A stretch of 64,000 nucleotides of DNA from Bacteroidota bacterium. Lineage in GTDB: Bacteria; Bacteroidota; Bacteroidia; Cytophagales; Cyclobacteriaceae. The position numbers and the translations under genes are program-made. Numbering within the stretch: the stretch's first letter is position 1; each line of letters begins with the position of its first letter. The stretch is taken from positions 500,361 to 564,360 of the forward strand of contig JAFDYV010000003.1 of assembly GCA_018267275.1 (NCBI GenBank), in the 5' to 3' direction. The notes under the pieces are model-generated. The model worked only from the letters and a program-made list of their open reading frames with translations. It was not told where the DNA came from and ran no database searches. Below are positions 60,991 to 64,000 of this stretch, piece after piece.

Positions 60991-62157
60991 TCAAAGTTGT
61001 TTTGTAATTTCTTTCGCCTTCGCCCGAGTTTCGCGGTTGGTTTCGATATAATCCTGCAAGCTTGGGTTGGTCACAAAACTGATTTTTTTCATGCATTGTT
61101 CCACCAACTCACTCATCTGCAAAAAACCTAGCCTATCGTTCAAAAACTCCTCTACCGCTACTTCGTTGGCGGCATTGAGCACACAAGGCATGTTACCACC
61201 TCGGTGCAAGGCCTCAAAAGCGAGTGCAAGATTACGAAAAGTTTCCGTATCAGGCTTTTCAAATGTAAGGCTTGGATACTTCGAAAAATCAAATCGTGGA
61301 AAGTCAGCGTTAAGCCTTTCGGGATATCCCAGCGCAAATTGTATGGGCAAACGCATATCGGGCAAGCCAAGTTGCGCTTTAATGGAACTATCTCTGAACT
61401 GCACGAGTGAGTGAATAATGGATTGAGGATGGACAATCACTTCAATTTGGTCCGCTTTCAACCCAAAAAGCCATTTCGCTTCAATTACTTCCAACCCCTT
61501 ATTCATTAAACTGGCTGAATCAATGGTAACTTTTGCGCCCATCGTCCAGTTGGGATGCTTTAAAGCTTGTGATTTGGTTACCGACATTAGCTCTTCGCGC
61601 TTCTTTCCACGGAACGGGCCGCCCGAGGCGGTCAAAATTATTTTTTCGATCGGGTTATCAAATTCGCCTACCAAGCATTGAAAAATAGCGGAATGCTCAG
61701 AGTCAACCGGGTAGATGTTCACCCCCTTTTCACGTGCCAAGCGAGTAATAAGGTCTCCCGCCACTACCAATGTTTCTTTGTTCGCCAACGCAATGTTTTT
61801 ACCGGCCTCAATCGCTTTGATGGTGGGCTGTAAACCCGAGTATCCAACCAAGGCGGTAAGCACAATGTCAATCACATCCATTTGCACCACAGAGGCAATG
61901 GCATTATCGCCTGCAAACACTTTGATATCATGCGGCAGCAAAGCGCCTTTTACCTGTTCGTAAAGTGTTTCATTGGCAATGACAACCGCATTGGGCTTGA
62001 ATTGCCGTGCCTGCTCAATCAACAACTGCGCGTTGTTTTGCGCGGTCAATACTTCTACCTCAAATTTTTCAGGATGGGCAGCAACTACTTCTAGCGCCTG
62101 TGTGCCAATGGAGCCGGTGGACCCTAGGATGGCGATGTGTTTTTTTTCGGACAGCAC
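60991..62157 (-). CDS. dxr: 1-deoxy-D-xylulose-5-phosphate reductoisomerase
   Basis: ILGSTGSIG, LANKE, PVDSEHSAIFQC, LTASGGPF, HPNWTMGAKVTIDSA, NAANE. Confidence 0.97.
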   Translation of the reverse strand: MLSEKKHIAILGSTGSIGTQALEVVAAHPEKFEVEVLTAQNNAQLLIEQARQFKPNAVVIANETLYEQVKGALLPHDIKVFAGDNAIASVVQMDVIDIVLTALVGYSGLQPTIKAIEAGKNIALANKETLVVAGDLITRLAREKGVNIYPVDSEHSAIFQCLVGEFDNPIEKIILTASGGPFRGKKREELMSVTKSQALKHPNWTMGAKVTIDSASLMNKGLEVIEAKWLFGLKADQIEVIVHPQSIIHSLVQFRDSSIKAQLGLPDMRLPIQFALGYPERLNADFPRFDFSKYPSLTFEKPDTETFRNLALAFEALHRGGNMPCVLNAANEVAVEEFLNDRLGFLQMSELVEQCMKKISFVTNPSLQDYIETNRETRAKAKEITKQL

Positions 62158-62205
62158 TGAAAACTTGAATTTATTTAAGGATTGAGGCTTGAGGAAAAAT
62201 GATAA

Positions 62206-62538
62206 TTAAACTTGCAGATCAGTCAACTGCTTTTTTAACTCAATTATATCAACGGTCACTACTTGCCAAACGGAAGGCAAATCGATCCCAAAATATTCGT
62301 GAATTACTTTATTGCGCATGGCTCCAATTTTCCGCCAAGGTATGTGAGCCTCTTTCTGCTTAAATGCATCTTGAACTTTTTTTGAGGCTTCACCGATGAT
62401 TTGAATGTTTCGAATGACGGCATCCTGAATCAAGAAGTTAGCGTAAAAATCCGACTCTGAAACGTTATGAACATACTGTTCGATTCGGGTGATTGAATTG
62501 AGCATATGGACGATGTACAATTTATCGTCTTTCATCAA
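62206..62538 (-). CDS. HEPN/DUF86 (HepT-like) ribonuclease toxin
   Basis: DAVIRNIQIIGEA, IPWRKI..MRNKVIHEYF (RX4HXY). Confidence 0.9.
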   Translation of the reverse strand: MMKDDKLYIVHMLNSITRIEQYVHNVSESDFYANFLIQDAVIRNIQIIGEASKKVQDAFKQKEAHIPWRKIGAMRNKVIHEYFGIDLPSVWQVVTVDIIELKKQLTDLQV

Positions 62539-62822
62539 GAAACAAATTGCAGGTCTTTTTCCACATATGGGCGAACCAATGGGTTTAGCGAACGCTCTGT
62601 AACCAAATCAACCTTGATTCCAAGCGCATCCGATAAATCTAATTCAACTCCTGCTAAATCAAGCAAAGAAACCTTGTGTGAATCGTTCAGGAAAACCAAA
62701 ACATCAAGATCACTTCCATCGCGATTTTCTCCACGTGAATACGAACCGAAAATGGCAACCTTGGTTGGGTTCAATGGCTTGAGGTGTTGGAGTAATATCT
62801 CTTTTTGGTGTTGGGTGATCAT
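62535..62822 (-). CDS. Minimal nucleotidyltransferase (MntA-like) antitoxin
   Basis: FGSYSRGENRDGSDLD = GSX10DXD, KVDLVT; 4-nt overlaps with both neighbours. Confidence 0.9.
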   Translation of the reverse strand: MITQHQKEILLQHLKPLNPTKVAIFGSYSRGENRDGSDLDVLVFLNDSHKVSLLDLAGVELDLSDALGIKVDLVTERSLNPLVRPYVEKDLQFVS

Positions 62823-64000
62823 GCTACAAATCTACTCAATTCCTCTGCAATCTTTCGATCATTACTTAACCGCGGCACTTTGTTTTGCCCGCCCAGTTTT
62901 CCCAATGACTTCATGTATTCGATAAAAGCATTTTTCTGCAGAGATGTGATTTTAAGTTTCGTCAAGATGTTGCCCGTGATTAAATCATCGTAATAAACAT
63001 TCAACTTGCGCAATTGTTCGTCCAACTCCACGGCAAATGCTTGCATGTTGTGGGGAGGCTGTGCAAACTCAATCAACCATTCATGATGCGGCATTCCTTC
63101 GGGTGGCGAGACATATGGAGCTACGGTGAATTCTACCAAACCCACTTCCGGAAATTTTTGCATCGCAAACTTCATGGCCTTCTCTACTTCCTCACCGATT
63201 ACATGTTCACCAAAGGCAGAAATAAAATGTTTGATACGCCCGCTCACTACCACTCTATACGGATCTTTTGATACAAACTTGACGGTATCGCCAATCGAGT
63301 AGCCCCATAACCCCGCATTATTGTTAATGACAAGCGCATAGTTTTTTCCTAATTCAACTTCGCCAATAGACAAGCGCGTAGGTTTTTCGTTAAAATATTC
63401 TTCCGCAGGCACAAACTCAAAGAAAATGCCCGAGTTCAACAACATTAATAATCCTTCGTGCCGCTGTGAATCCTGGTAGGCAATGAAGCCCTCAGAGGCC
63501 GGGTAGGTCTCAATCGAATCGATTTTTTTGCCAATGGTGTCGAACAGCTTGGCGCGGTACGGTTCAAAGTTCACGCCCCCGTAAACAAACATCGAAAAGT
63601 TCGGGAACACATCTTTTATCTTTTTGCCCGTCTTTGCCACGATGCGATCAAAGTACATTTGCGCCCAGGGTGGTATGCCACTGATGAGCGTCATGTTTTC
63701 ATTGACGGTCTCTTCTATGATTCTGTCCAACTTGGTTTCCCAGTCTTCAATGCAGTTTGTCGCATAGGTGGGCTTTTGGTTAGATCGTAAGTACTGGGGT
63801 ACGTGGTGGTTCACAATACCCGATAACCTACCTGTTTTAATCCCTGCTTTCTCATTTAACTCGGGGCTTCCCGACAAAAAAATCAAGCCACCGTCCAAAA
63901 AACTGCCGTTGCCGGTTTCGTGCACATAGCTGAGTAAAGCATTGCGCGCGCTATTGATGTGGTTCGGGACGGATTCTTTTGTAATTGGTATATACTTTGT
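62819..64000 (-). CDS. GH3 auxin-responsive-like acyl-adenylate synthetase family protein (5' end outside window)
   Basis: Frame open to window edge (TKYIPITKES), ETYPASEGF, YSIGDTV, GGQNKVPRL. Confidence 0.9.
   Translation of the reverse strand, partial: TKYIPITKESVPNHINSARNALLSYVHETGNGSFLDGGLIFLSGSPELNEKAGIKTGRLSGIVNHHVPQYLRSNQKPTYATNCIEDWETKLDRIIEETVNENMTLISGIPPWAQMYFDRIVAKTGKKIKDVFPNFSMFVYGGVNFEPYRAKLFDTIGKKIDSIETYPASEGFIAYQDSQRHEGLLMLLNSGIFFEFVPAEEYFNEKPTRLSIGEVELGKNYALVINNNAGLWGYSIGDTVKFVSKDPYRVVVSGRIKHFISAFGEHVIGEEVEKAMKFAMQKFPEVGLVEFTVAPYVSPPEGMPHHEWLIEFAQPPHNMQAFAVELDEQLRKLNVYYDDLITGNILTKLKITSLQKNAFIEYMKSLGKLGGQNKVPRLSNDRKIAEELSRFVA

Overview
A 64-kb chromosomal stretch of a Bacteroidota bacterium, most likely Cytophagales (type IX secretion genes sprA and a PorU-like C25 protein, T9SS C-terminal-domain cargo, GWxTD and DUF2723 proteins, TTTG-N19-TAnnTTTG promoter). 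It is mostly core envelope, export and metabolic genes: ddl, PASTA protein, ABC ATPase plus permease-M1 peptidase fusion, tatA-gatA-mltD, maeB-ruvA-sprA-gcvH-lipA, secDF, rseP-dxr, GH3. I found no rRNA, tRNA, CRISPR array, integrase or transposase. Most interesting items: (1) a membrane-anchored upstream ORF ending ISPNAP-stop in front of secDF, which looks like a ribosome-arrest monitoring peptide; (2) an AT-rich two-gene insert of mutually similar membrane-anchored unknown proteins beside a 130-bp palindromic element; (3) an AraC-led cluster containing a divergent serpin-like secreted protein, an M50 protease, an acyltransferase and a mini GldL-like protein; (4) two copies of a 109-bp nested-palindrome repeat plus 7-mer and 8-mer hairpin arrays; (5) an MNT-HEPN toxin-antitoxin pair placed directly upstream of dxr-rseP. 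All product calls come from motif recognition in the translations; no database search was run.
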